This document shows, in pieces, positions 25,486 through 38,201 of a DNA stretch of 64,000 bases (position 1 is its first letter; the number at the start of each line of letters is the position of its first letter). The position numbers were made by a program, and so were the translations under genes. This stretch comes from Octopus sinensis. Taxonomy: Eukaryota. The stretch spans positions 77,500,001-77,564,000 of the forward strand of contig NC_043006.1 in assembly GCF_006345805.1 (NCBI RefSeq), in the 5' to 3' direction. The notes beneath the pieces are model-generated. The model saw only the letters and a list, made by a program, of their open reading frames with translations, was not told where the DNA came from and ran no database searches.

Positions 25486-25545
25486 TTGTACTGATGAATA
25501 AAGAGTGCACCACTGTACGGATTATGAAATCAAAGTGATCTGCAG
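25486..25545 (+). ncRNA. Type I hammerhead ribozyme
   Basis: ttgta-CTGATGA-ataa...gtgca/ccac/tgtac...ttat-GAAATCA-aag-TGATC-tgcag. Stem III is 4 bp, the triplet is AUC, and stem I has two G-U pairs. Predicted cleavage after 25540. Confidence 0.75.
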
Positions 25546-25698
25546 CTAAATTCTGTTTTTAAATGACTTGCTTCGAGAGTTGCATTTGGTACGATTTGTT
25601 TATTTATTTTAGTAGTTTTGATTTTAAGAGTCCCTCCTAGCGCTAATTATTTGCGCTGTATAAAAAGGATAAGCATACCATTTACTTCTCCATTATAT

Positions 25699-25731
<33 letters not shown>

Positions 25732-26551
25732 AAGGGAGAGGGTGAGTGAGAGAGAAAGACGAGGTTTGTATTTACTAAGCAGTATTATCTTGTCAGCTAT
25801 ATTGCTGGAATTCATGACCAGCGCCAAAGCGTTCAGTACTACAAACCCTTATGCTCCTCACGTATAGTAAGTTATAAATTTTAGTCGATTGAAATAATCT
25901 ATTACATGAAATGAAAAGAATTTCCTTTACGGTGTATAAAATGTAGATCAACAAACAAAATTGCCATCTTCGCTAAAACCGGTTAATCAAAATACTGTAA
26001 GTTTTCAAAATTACTGTGCGTGAGTAGATCTGAACTTCGCAATTGTTATTTTAGTAGGTCAGATATTCTATTTTCTGATTCTTATAATGAGAATAGGAAA
26101 CGTACAATTAAATTTTCATTCAATTTGGTGCATTGGTAAATTAACCACAGCGATCAAAACACTACAGAACACAATATCGTCAGATACAAATAAAAATTAC
26201 CATAGCTGTAATGGCGAATATCATTTTGATACTACCGATACTGCCGGTAGTTATATTGATGAAGAGAAAAATAATTAACTTCTTCATTGATTCTTCAGAT
26301 TTTTCGTAAGAACTCTCAGTACAAGTATATCAATTTAAAACAGACATTCAGCACTAGTACGAACAAAGAAAATTGAATATGGAAAGATAATAATAAAGCA
26401 AGAAAATATCAACACACTCGAGGAGATATTTAAGATTGAATTACTATGTACAATTAAAGAATAAAATCATGGAAGGTAATTCTGTAAATCGAAATTTGTT
26501 TTGGCGTTTGCAATTAAAATGTATATTTTATTTTTAGGAAGACTACTTACA

Positions 26552-27061
26552 TCTATTATATAAAATCTGTTATGTTTGTCTGTGTGTGTGTGTGTCTTCT
26601 AGGATCTCGGGCATCCTCCATCCGATTGCGCTCAAATTTCATATATAGATACCGACGGCATGTATATGTTTTGAAAAAATTAGAAAAATCGATTCCAGGC
26701 GAGAATGTGATCGATAAAGCCGTTTTTGTCCTGCTGTTCTTCCGTTAGCCTGTACGTAACTGCACCTTCCATTTTTTTTTGTTTTTGTACTGCTTAAAGG
26801 CACGTTTCTTTCCTGCCAAGCTTACTGTTTAAACCATGTTTGTGTTCTCCCAGTCAACAGCCTTATCATTACTGATACTTTAAACTCTTCGGTTGCATAT
26901 TTGTGCGAATAAAATGGTTTTTCTTTGGAATAGAAAAGCGTCTAAATCTGTGTTTCTCAAAGGGGAAGCCTATGGGACGGTCGGACAAGTTGTTTTGAGA
27001 AAAATTGGTTTAAATGTTTGACAACACAGCACCGTCCATTGGACGGGCTGCGTTTTGCTCG
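26552..27061 (+). mobile_element. Non-autonomous Helitron-like element
   Basis: A|TCTATTATATAAAA 5' end, and a 3' hairpin CCGTCC-att-GGACGG followed by CTCG|T (CTAG variant). Confidence 0.5.
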
Positions 27062-27102
27062 TACATATATATACGACAGACATTTTCCAGTTACTTGGGT
27101 GC

Positions 27103-27103
<1 letters not shown>

Positions 27104-27175
<72 letters not shown>

Positions 27176-27189
27176 GGATAGATAGATAT

Positions 27190-27232
<43 letters not shown>

Positions 27233-27233
27233 T

Positions 27234-27267
<34 letters not shown>

Positions 27268-27268
27268 G

Positions 27269-27300
<32 letters not shown>
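27104..27300. repeat. (GATA)n microsatellite
   Basis: Directly visible. It is the source of the YLSI pseudo-ORFs. Confidence 0.95.
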
Positions 27301-27301
<1 letters not shown>

Positions 27302-27879
27302 GCAGGCAGGCAGCAGATAGCCAGATAGAGAGAGACAGACAGACAAGTAGTGAGAGAGATGGACAGACGGACACATTGACAGTCGGACAGACAGGTAGAC
27401 AGAAAGACAGATAGACAGACAGACTGACAGAAGGAGAGACACTCAGACTGACTTTTACTTTTAATTATTTTGCGCATTTCCTGTGCTTGTTTTATACTTG
27501 GGTCTCTTCTCAGTTGTGGGATATGGATAATGTATAACTCGGTGTTTTGGGCATTGCGTGTTCTAATCAAAAGTAGAGTATTGGGTGTATCTTAAGTGTT
27601 TTTATGTTCTTTTTCACAGTTCTGATCTACCCAATTCCAAATATAATACAACTGTCATCTCCATATTAAAGACATCTTTAGGAGCTACCATACGGTGGGA
27701 TTGAACCTGAGAGCATATCATTGCAAAGTGAACTTTTCACCTATATAACTTTTAAGCTCAAAATGTTTCTAAGCAAAAAGCGGTTCAAACATGTCAATGA
27801 TAGTAAAAACTTTATAGGTCTTTGGATAATTGTTCACTTTCAAGTATATTGGTTTCACATTTTAGTATAAGGCCAGCAT

Positions 27880-28060
27880 TTTTTTGGTCGGAAAGGGCAA
27901 TTAAATTGTCTCCAGTGCTCAAAATGATTCTTATTTTATCGACCCGCAAGGAGAAAGGCTAAGATGACCTCGGCAGAATTTGAAATCCGAATGTGAAAAC
28001 GGACGAAATTCTGCAAAATATTTCGCCCGGTGTGCTAACGATACTGCCAGCTCGCCGCCT
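27880..28060 (-). mobile_element. SINE family B copy
   Basis: GCTAACGATACTGCCAGCTCGCCGCC is the reverse complement of the family B head. Confidence 0.75.
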
Positions 28061-28349
28061 TCTCTCACCTTCTGCTATATTGAAATTGATAAAGCATGTT
28101 TACAGCAGTGTTTTCTTCTTTAATAAAATATACATCCTGTCTTCAACAACCCTGTTCCCTTTTCTATAGTGAGACGTTAGACGGGGCATAAACAACACTA
28201 GAGGCAGTAATGGTGGTAGTAGCAATGACAGATGCAACAGAAATAAATCTAACGAGTGTTACGTAATTTGAGAGTGTTAACTCTAACTATTCTTTTGCGC
28301 AAAGAACAAATAAACATTGTATCATAAAATAAACTTCATATCTTGCTGG

Positions 28350-29214
28350 TGAGCTCTAACATCCAGCAATTGCGTAATCCAATTTTAATCGAATAAAGAT
28401 GTTCACTTCTTCACGTTTCTTCTGTTCGTTATGGAATCAAGGTAGTTTGTTTTATTCCGTGTCAAGCATAATCCTTATTAAAACCAGATTATCAATTGAG
28501 TTGCATTAAAGACGTAGAGCTCAAGATGTAGGATAAGCTGAAGATTAGATTCCTGTTGATTTATCTTAGTTCAAAGATACACTTGATCTCAGTAGTTAAA
28601 ACAGAATGTAAAACCATTTCTGTGGTTTCTTTCTGCCGATAGTACTACAACATTGCACCTGCATTGTATTAAATATTTTGAACAACACGGTCTTGATTGG
28701 GCGTAACGCTTCCTTGATTACGAGAAATAAAAGTCGACGCTTATCTGGAAGTATACAATTTCAAGGCCCAGGCTAGATGATATGTATAAAGAGTGAAATC
28801 TATTATGCTTTTTCTGTTCGCAGTTGAAACAATTTCAGTTAATTCTGATATTAGTCGTATCTTGTTTCTTAATATCTTAAGTATTATACAGCGATAACTC
28901 AATGAGTCGCTGCATGGGCTCTGGGGTACGTGGTAAGTACATGGAATTCCAGTGCAATCAGGAAGAAATTGTTTTCGATGTGAAGAAGAATCAGGAATCA
29001 ATAACACGATTTCTTTCGATTACAGACATCTAAAAACAATTTATTACTGTGTGCGAAGGCAAGTATTACATTTACATCAATTCAAACAATTTATTTTCTA
29101 TGAAAATGACTATAAAAGACAAATCAATTATTCGGTTGCTTTAATTCGAAATGTTATTATCAATTCGGAATTGTGTGTGTGTGTGTGTATGTGTGTGTAT
29201 GTGTGTGTGCGTGT

Positions 29215-29290
<76 letters not shown>

Positions 29291-31250
29291 GTGTGTTAGA
29301 ATATTGTTGCCATTAAAGAAACGACCTGTCAATGGAACGGAATACATTAAGAAAATTAATGAAAAAAAAAAAATAACAGATTGTATGAAAGAAACAACGG
29401 AATAAATTTTAAAATAAAATATAAAGGTAGTTAGGTAGTGAAATTCATTTCATTAATTTGTTAAAATAACATTTGTCTTTTGTTTTAAAGATAGATTTAT
29501 TTATAGAGGTATTGGGCCAAAACCAAAAGCTTATCCTCTCATAAAATCGCTATTGCTGTCGATTAGACAAAGGTCAAACCTTGTAGATGATTGATATTAT
29601 TCAATTGAAACAATAAACATTACTTTTATTTATTTAATCCATTACCGATTGATATAATGAAATAATTTAACTAAGAGTATATCAACCAAATCGTAAAAGA
29701 CAAACATTAAAAAGAGGACAAAAATTCAATGTGATTCTTTAATGTTTTTTCATATATAGCGATTTTATTTTGAACTAAAATTACGAGCTATTGCTCATAC
29801 TTTCTTAATGGAATTTCACATCAATATGCTACCATTACTCTTGTGGAATATGGTGAATGATGAAGTTGGTGGATTGCAAAAACGGCATAAAGAATACTAC
29901 GTATACTAATGCAGTTTATGACGAGGTTCTGTTATTTGTCTAAATAAAAAATTAATAAATTGTCCACTAACATGTTTTAGCATAAACTTGTTGCGTATAA
30001 GTTGGCAGTTTTAGATTTACCGAGCTAAGGCACGTATCCCATTTCTCGCTTTCGGTATATGACGGATGTTTTTTTTTTAATAATAGTCTTCCAGAAATAT
30101 ACTCTACTAGAAATATATATTGAGCTGTTCATCTTCAGTTGTTGTGAAGGCCCACAGTGGTGGTGTTTTAACAGATTTATAAATTACGGCATTAAACTAT
30201 GAAGGCGATTCTGTTGTAACTATCCAGGCTTTTAAAATATAGTTAAATACATTGTTTGTAGTAACATTATATTTTCACCAAAGACCTTTGTTTTATATTT
30301 CTATCGCTAAATAGCTGCAAATCCTAAAATGTAGTTTCCAAACATTGTGAAATAAAATGATGGGCTATGGAACATATATACCATGCTCACAATAACCACG
30401 AATCACGGATAGTTACTATAGATAAACTGTTGAACAAAACCTACAAAGTTGTTTGATTCTGTGTTTCATGCTATGAATTCAAATCTTGCTATATATCTTT
30501 TGTATTTTCAAGTCTACAAAGTATGTAAAGAATAAAGAAATGTCATACCAGATTTCAATTTGTGACAACTGCAAAGGAATAAAAGTTTAGAAAAATATTC
30601 ATTCAAACCCTGAAACAAAATGAGTTCTTTAAAATTAGAAAATATGGGATACTTACCAAGATATATAATATCAACTTTATCGCAGGAACAGATACATCTT
30701 AAAGTAATGAATTCTTCATAAAATATATCTGAAATTACACATACATTATTTTATTCAGTATGTAGGAGAAATGTAGGGATTTTGCTCATTATTTTCGTCT
30801 CTATTTTGATATTAATCATAGAAAAATTACTTAATTTTAGATCAGCAATGATACCTTTATGAATTTATATCAATCATTAAATAAGACAGATGATACGGCC
30901 AGTTCTATTTTCCATACCTGTGCATTCTTTGCAAATCTGGTTATTTATTCAAATATTTAATACAGACAATAATATCAGGAAATGCGTCTCCAGGAAATTT
31001 AGACATCTCAAACTTATTACTTCCGGTTTGTTATAAGTTATCTGTCTCTTTATATACAGACGATGAATTTTTTGCTTTCCAAAAAGTTTCCAAAAATGAA
31101 TAAAGCTACTCAGAGAACATTCCAATAATTTACTACACGAGGAGAGATGTAAATATTTATGTGGATATACTTACATTTCGTATTGAGCCTGATAATCTTT
31201 TGAATGATTGCAATTTTATTCCGTACAACAGTCGAAGTATATTATTAAAA
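28350..31250 (-). pseudogene. Possible heavily decayed LRR-(TM)-TIR (Toll-like receptor) pseudogene
   Basis: Scattered minus-strand fragments in TLR order: KFPGDAFPDIIVCIKYL (about 30950-31000), KSLDSYNRIAFI (30198-30233), AFGFGP..INLS (about 29490-29530), LYTYHLAWALKLY (about 28750-28790), NGFTFCFNY*D (28586-28618). Many stops; read by eye only. Confidence 0.3.
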
Positions 31251-32092
31251 ACTTACAGTGTAAATGATTGATTGCATGCCCACATTTAAATTTTTATTTG
31301 TATTTCAATTGGAATAAATATTGACTTTTAATTCATACATATTCCGCATTTCTTTCCCTCATATGAGTTGAACTAACATTTTCTTTCATGCTTCCCATGG
31401 GTATAATGTTCATTTAATAGAGAATAGACGGATCATTATAGTCGTCATTGTAGCTTTGACGTAACACCTGTAAATGACCCGCATACATTGTCACAGGTTA
31501 TATTTATGCATAAGATAATATATTTCAATGATACTGTGAAACTGTAAGGTGGCTGAGTCACTTGCATTGGAAAGACAAGGACGAATTACAAGAAATATAG
31601 AATTTAATGATATATTATTATGCGATATAAGAAAATACTGGTTTTAAGTATATGATCGGTTATACATTTCAAAAAATGTTCCTTCTGCAGGAAACCATAA
31701 TATAAAACAGGAAGTAATTAGATTCCGTTTTAGAATTGGAATCCTGGGTAAAATGCACACGTCGTTCGTACCAGAATTCAATTAATACACCACGACAGAG
31801 GGAAAGAGTAGCTTAGAATCTCTAATGCATTCATAATTCATATATACACGCATAACTATGTATGTATGTATTTATGTATGTGTATCGCTCAATCTTTCTC
31901 AGTATGTGCTTAGGTATTACTATATATCTCATTGACTTCTATTCTCTATATGTGTATGTACTTATATGTGCGTGTGAATATGTGTGTAAATAGGTATAGT
32001 ACCTACGGGCTGGTACATAAACCTTAAATTTATATTCTTCAAATAGCTAGAAATATTCTTAAATAAATATACATACGCGTGTGTGTGTGTGT

Positions 32093-32123
<31 letters not shown>

Positions 32124-32286
32124 GGTGAGAAAGTTGGTGTGTGAAAGCACGTGGTTGAATATATAGAAGATAGTAAAAAGTGAAAAAACTACAGAAGGCT
32201 TGTTTTAAAAGGTTAAAAAATATATGTTTGAGTCATTATGTCTGAAGAATGTTATAAATTTTTTTCATACAATGACAGTTTTTGGA

Positions 32287-32322
32287 GAAATTACCGGTTT
32301 CGCGTTCAGCTTTTCAAATTTC
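32287..32322 (-). ncRNA. Minimal hammerhead with a U3-A8 core variant
   Basis: gaaat-TTGAAAA-gc/tgaac/gc-GAAAC-cg-GTA-atttc. Stem I is 5-6 bp and stem III is the palindrome ACCGGT. The tail ends in (TA)n at about 32123. Confidence 0.7.
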
Positions 32323-32610
32323 TTATATCGTTATGTTTACGTTGAGAAGTGTGAAGAAAGAGTTCCAGATAAGGGGAGGTAATAAGTGATTTCTTCCGGT
32401 GTAAGGGAGATAATCGCTTAATATACATATTTATATACATTTATATACATTTAAGCATATAATGTCTCCATAAATACTGTCTCGGTTTTAATCTTGGTGT
32501 CCTAGTAATCTGTTATAGTACTTACCTACCGTACCTAATCGTTTAGATCACATATGTTTCTATGTATATATATATGGCAAATGAAACACGGAAGACGGGA
32601 TATATAATAA

Positions 32611-32716
32611 ATCATGACAATTGTTTCGGCACATCTGGTATCGATCTGTCATGGGTGGGATATTCAACAACCGGTTCAGGAGAATCTGCCGGTGCCGATG
32701 TATCTCGTCGGGTGAT
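32611..32716 (-). ncRNA. Degenerate hammerhead (core CCGACGA, long stem II)
   Basis: atcac-CCGACGA...ggcac...gtgcc-GAAAC-aatt-GTC-atgat. Stem III is the palindrome ACAATTGT. U4 is mutated and the first stem I pair is broken. Confidence 0.4.
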
Positions 32717-33390
32717 AAATAAATATAACTCATTAAAATAACTGTTCCGCAATGTAACTTCTTGTTTTGTAGAAAGAAAATCATCCAGACGGAGGAAATA
32801 TCTTCATATATGTAGATCAGAAATAAAATCACACATGGCAAAAAGAGAAACGAACACGCAATACAGTGAGAAAAGTATTAAAGATAACCGTTAACAAATA
32901 TGGATGTATAAACGCTCTCGAGTAATCTGCATGGCTTTATACAGAAATAGAGTGAGAATTGCTCTCTACCTTCAATATGGTTACTATTATCAAGAACCGT
33001 ACTCTTCTGTAATGTTACGTATAAATTCTAAACACATCCGCATTTTTTACAATGCCTCTTATCATACAATTTTCATTATCTAACAAATGTTAAAGCATTG
33101 TGAATATAATGTTTGTGATGTGATATAGTGAAATAAGTTATTAGCAATTTGTTCTGTACTATTTCTGAGATTAATTGAACAACAAAACAATGTATATTGT
33201 GTTATAACTCCAATATCGTTACGACAAAGTAAAACCTTAATATATATAAATTCATTTATAAACAGTAATATATATATAAATAAATATACTATAGCAATAC
33301 CTATAAGTGCCGATTTATATATGTATACATACACACAAACACACACACACGCAAGCATACATGGACGTAAACATACACATAACTGTTTAT

Positions 33391-33470
<80 letters not shown>

Positions 33471-33549
33471 TTATCTATCTATCTATATATCTATATATAT
33501 ATATATATAAGTTTATGAAAGAATGTAGTTGAACGACTTGTTAACAAAT

Positions 33550-33648
33550 TTCCTTTATTTTCGACATATGTTTCGAAGGCTGCATATTCCTAATTCCGAA
33601 GGAATAAGGAGTACATTATGCAGATTTCTCATCAGGAAAGGCAAGGAA
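33550..33648 (-). ncRNA. Type I hammerhead ribozyme with extended stems I and II
   Basis: ttccttgcctttc-CTGATGA-gaaatctgcata...tatgcagccttc-GAAAC-atat-GTC-gaaaataaaggaa. Predicted cleavage between 33563 and 33562. Confidence 0.85.
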
Positions 33649-34191
33649 CTTATGTCGACATCAAAATGCACAAAAAACGTTTAGCTGACTGCTCTCAAGG
33701 AGCCCATGGCGATAATGAGTGTCTGTTTATAAGGAGTGACGTCAGAGTGGCTGAAAGTAGAAGAATCTAGAAGGATCTAAAGGTTCAAGGGTTCAAACGA
33801 AGTAGGAGGAGGGAGACATAAGAATAGTAAGGTGAGAGGATGCAGGTCAAAGGAATGGTGGGTTTAATTGATTTCTTTTATGAATGAGTGCCTGTTTGTG
33901 TGACTGTATATAACTTTCATAATGTGTTTATGTGTGTGAATGCATGATTGTGTTTGTGGATGGGTAGATGTCAGAAAAATGACAGCTGTGAGGTGAGAGG
34001 TCTGTGTCTGTGTGTTCGATTGTGTTTACTGTAGAGAAAGGGAAGTATAGAGAGAAAAGGAGGAAGAGACGGGCGAGGTGAGAAGCAACGCTGGAATGGG
34101 TAGTAGTTCTTGGAATTATAAGAAAATCTTTTGACTATTGGGGTGAGATATAACAAAACGTTTTTGTAAATCGAGGGGTTATCTATATTAG

Positions 34192-34893
34192 TCAATATTC
34201 ATATGAGTGAAAGGTGTGTCTTTTCCAGTGTAAACACATGTAGGACCTTTCGACGATTGTATTTATTAAAGGGACTTTGGCGAACAAAATATGAAAAAGT
34301 TCGGAATTACAAATGCTACAATATTTTCTGTCCTTATCAAACGGGAAGGACACCGACAAAATGGACCATTCCAACTTGAAAGAAGTATTATTGTTCTTCA
34401 GATGCCAGACTAATTTGCTTAGCCCCGTTCTGTGTTGCTTTCTCTTATCTCTGAAAGTAGAATAATGGTTGGAGATCCTTTGGGCTAATTTAGAAGAGGT
34501 TGCGCCAATGTAGAAGTAGACATCGGTTCCAGAAGTAATTTTGCACTGGTAAGTGGTGTTTCTAATTTTGGAATTTTGGGATAAGAACTTTAATCTGTTG
34601 GGGTTGGTTTCCAATACTAAGACAGAGTTTTTATTGTTGTGATAGGTGTAAAAATTGTTGCTGGCTTTGGCCATGATACTATTCATCTTATTATCATTAC
34701 TATTAGTTGTAATATCGTCGGCAAATTCCCTGGCTATAGGAATGCTGCGATTGTTATCATCAATAATATAACTGTTATTAAGAATGCTGTTACTATTACC
34801 ACTAACACCACCACTGTTAATAATCTGGTTAATTTTATTATCATTATTACTATTGCTATCGCCAATGCTGCTATGAATATTGCTAATATCCAT
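34192..34893 (-). CDS. Uninterrupted 233-aa ORF: Asn-rich N-terminus plus PLE-type GIY-YIG endonuclease
   Basis: TTYQCKI...YFYIGAT..KLAQRISNH..F...GLSKLVWHLK...W.I...CSICNSE..HI...LIN...C.H. The Y-G, R, E and N residues of the GIY-YIG core are present. Confidence 0.8.
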   Translation of the reverse strand: MDISNIHSSIGDSNSNNDNKINQIINSGGVSGNSNSILNNSYIIDDNNRSIPIAREFADDITTNSNDNKMNSIMAKASNNFYTYHNNKNSVLVLETNPNRLKFLSQNSKIRNTTYQCKITSGTDVYFYIGATSSKLAQRISNHYSTFRDKRKQHRTGLSKLVWHLKNNNTSFKLEWSILSVSFPFDKDRKYCSICNSELFHILFAKVPLINTIVERSYMCLHWKRHTFHSYEY

Positions 34894-35831
34894 ACTACTT
34901 CTATTATTATTATTATTGTATGCTACGTTGGTTATGAGACCTTATTTAGCAGCTTATTATTGTGGGAGGCTATTATCTGCGATAGATTTTTAGTATTTGA
35001 GAATGCAATCCTTATTTTATGCGAATTTATAGTGGAGTAATATCTAGAATTTATTAAAATAAACATACAAATTTCCGCACGAAAGCATGTAGTGTATGCA
35101 CTAGGGACATAACTTCAACCGTATTCTTTTTGATGTGAATTTGCTACCCAGGTACTGGTTATCTTTCGAATTATCTTTAATAAGATAATTCATTCAACTA
35201 TTCAAATATATATATATATATATAACAAACATATATTCATGTATATTATGTGTATGGGTTTCTGTATATATGTATTTAGCCCCTAAACAATAGTCTATAC
35301 CTGTGTCAATATTTAGTAATTGAATTACTACCAACTGACTCTTCTTTCTCTCTCCACCATTTTAATAAAATCAAAACACAAATAAAACTTAATTTCGAAA
35401 ACATTTAAATGCCTATAAACATGTAGTTGAGAGATTTAATATTGACTTTAAAAACATTCAAATTTGGTCAGCTTTTAATCGAACTTCTAATTAGTTTTAG
35501 AGACAGACAGGTTTTAGAATTAAATGTACCATGAATATTTAACTGCGCAGCAGACGGCTGCTGAGGATATGCAAACACTTGAAGTTTCATGGCATGTCTG
35601 TGTTGATCTTAAAATAACTACTTTCTAGTGCAGAATTATATGTGGTCTTTAACTAATGCGTATTGTGGTTAATTACACGCTTTGAATATTTTCATTAACG
35701 TAATAATGTATTCAATAATATGTGTGTGACTTTATGTGTGAATGCCTGTGTGTATGTGCATATATACATATATATATAAATATATGTATATATATATATA
35801 TATATACATATACATACATATATATATATAA

Positions 35832-35912
<81 letters not shown>

Positions 35913-36248
35913 TCAACCAGAAACATACACACACGCCGATACATATGTACAAACACTGATATGTATATATTTACACACGCATAAAATATGCAGAGGTAAG
36001 CCAAGAGATCTTGTCACGCTTTCACTAGACATTCTTCTACATCTCATTCAATTTTATCCGTCATGAATCGTCTACTTCAAAAGTCGAATTATATCTTGTC
36101 GAAGGGCAATGTTTAACATATTTCATCTTTTTCTTTTCACTGAGTGGTAAGGTTATGAAATTCATATCGTACATCTTGTCTAGAGCTTATTTTTTGTTCT
36201 TTAGATTACGTGTACCTCAATATCGCTTCTTATCACTTTCTCCATCTG

Positions 36249-36307
<59 letters not shown>

Positions 36308-36440
36308 ATATATACACACATATATATATATACATATATATATATATACACATGTGTATATATATGTGTGTGTGTGTTTGCGTGTGTGTGTGCGCGCGTG
36401 TGTGTGTGAAAGAAAGTTTGAAAATACAATGGACTTTTAA

Positions 36441-36484
36441 AGACGTGACCGGTTTCACTTTTTTAGAAAAAGATTGTCAAAAGT
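36441..36484 (-). ncRNA. Degenerate hammerhead with a U3-A8 core variant
   Basis: tactt-TTGACAA-tcttttt/cta/aaaaagt-GAAAC-cg-GTC-acgtc. Stem III is ACCGGT, and stem I has 2 mismatches. Confidence 0.5.
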
Positions 36485-37089
36485 AAAATGTAAATCTTTG
36501 TATAAGCTTTATTGTGTCAAGTACTGGTTATCACAAAAGTATTAAAATATAGTTATACATTCTTTGATAATGATAAATGTTAAAAAACAGTTTACAAGAA
36601 TGTACACAAGCATGTATTCGAGAACGAGAAGTAATTTGAGTTCAATAAAAATCATGTTTGTTTTGTAGTATATATACAGAAGGAGATATTCTTTCTTTTT
36701 TATTCTTTTATATGTTTCAGTCTAATGACTGTGGCCATGCTGGAGCACCGCCACTATATTTAAGAATTTACAAAAAATGGAGAGAAATAACTAACCTGTC
36801 CGTCTGACATTTTCTGTCATGTGTCTAACCTGTCCATCTGACATTTTCTGTCATGTGTGTAGCTAAGGAACGTTTTTAACATTCTTATGACAATGGAAAT
36901 TGCGCTGAGGCACCAGACATGTTGAAAAAACTTTCTGAGCCGATTTTATCGCATGACACTACTAAGGACCTCATAAAAAAAATGCTTGTTCCTTCTCTTA
37001 GGGCCGGTTTCCCGGATTCCTTGGCGTATAGGTTCCCCACTTGGACAGGATGCTGGTCCGTCGCAGGTGAGCTACAAGATGCAGAAGGA

Positions 37090-37268
37090 AATAGTGAGAT
37101 GAAGTTGTAGTGAATGACTCAGCAGAAACTCGCTATTTCCTTCAGGCGGAGCCACGTTGAGCTTAGATGCCTCGCTCATAAACACACACATCACTCGGTC
37201 TGAGATTCGAACCCTCGATCCCTCGAGCGCGGGTCCGCATCTCTAACCTCTTGGACATGTGCCTCCAC
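37090..37268 (-). mobile_element. SINE family C, 5' portion, diverged
   Basis: GAGATTCGAACCCTCGATCC (B-box reverse complement) and GGACATGTGCCTCC (head reverse complement). Confidence 0.6.
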
Positions 37269-37496
37269 GATACAAACCTATATTCTGTATATTAAATAAT
37301 ATTATCTCGCATCAGATGGACTTATGTTGGTCTTGCCTTTACGGGATAGTACTATATGTGTTTGAATGAGTGGGGGTGGGATGGGGGTGTGTCCGCGCTA
37401 CAGAAAATAAAGGAATTCTCGAAAGCAAATGAGCTGGGAAATCAGTTTCGTAATTTGGGTAAATACCATTAGAAAGTGTGAAAGTGTGAAAGTGTA

Positions 37497-38145
37497 TATA
37501 TTTATATATATAAAACAGAGAATGTGTGTCTGTCTGTCTGTCTGTGTGTTTCCCTAAAACTTGAGAACTACACAACCAATTTCATTCAAATTTTACACAT
37601 GCCTTACTTAGGGTCCGAGGAGTGTCATCGGCAAAATGTTTTTATTTTTTGCCTAGAGCGAGCCCACAGCAATATCATATCTTCTCCACTACGATTACCT
37701 AAAACTTGAGATCTACGCAACCAATTCCATTCAAATTTTACACATGCCTTACTTAGGGTCCATGTAGTTTCATGGGCAAAAAAATGTTCAACTTCTTGCC
37801 TAGAGCGAGCCCATAGCAATATCATATCTTCTCCACTATTTCAGTATTACGCGTTAAAAGTGAAACAAAAACGTTTCTCTATTTTATGGATAATAAAAAA
37901 GTAAATTAAAGAAAATACTATTGTCTATAAAGTATACAATGTAGAGAAAAAGAAGAGCTAACATTTCCAGTCTGTTATATATTTTGAGTATTGTTATCAC
38001 TAGCGATATCAAGATATAACTTTGCATTTTGCATTTTATGTGTTGAAGTATATATATAGATGTACATGTAATATGTACACATATATATACACATATATAC
38101 ATGCACTAGCACTATGACCCGGCAACGACGGGTATTTAATGCTAG
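37497..38145 (+). mobile_element. Non-autonomous Helitron with an internal 2x145-bp tandem duplication
   Basis: 5' TATATATAAAAC-(TGTC)n; 3' hairpin CCCG-gcaacga-CGGG then CTAG|T at 38142-38146. The CCTAAAACTTGAG units start at 37553 and 37698. Confidence 0.8.

Positions 38146-38201
<56 letters not shown>

Larger units (their letters stand above)
33509..35206 (-). mobile_element. About 1.7-kb PLE-derived element: 5' hairpin module, RT-thumb remnant, Asn-rich linker, GIY-YIG ORF, 3' hammerhead; (TA)n on both sides
   Basis: Both termini recur in the same relative orientation at 22184-22340 and 24787-24868. A thumb-like remnant RYYSTINSHKIRIAFSNTKNLSQIIASHNNKLL lies at about 34945-35045. Confidence 0.85.

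Noticed and set aside
30657-30728. 72-bp minus-strand segment with good AG/GTAAGT splice signals as an LRR exon
   Set aside because: Its only open frame (IFYEEFITLRCICSCDKVDIIYL) does not fit an LRR consensus, and no compatible neighbouring exon was found.
34192-34893. The GIY-YIG ORF as a domesticated stand-alone host gene
   Set aside because: An RT-thumb remnant lies directly upstream in a shifted frame and a hammerhead lies downstream, so it derives from a PLE ORF. Independent translation is unproven.
36791-36860. Short direct repeats (2x34 bp here; 2x145 bp at 37553-37840; 16-bp array at 2137) as CRISPR-like arrays
   Set aside because: They are head-to-tail tandem copies with no unique spacers, in a eukaryotic context with no cas genes.
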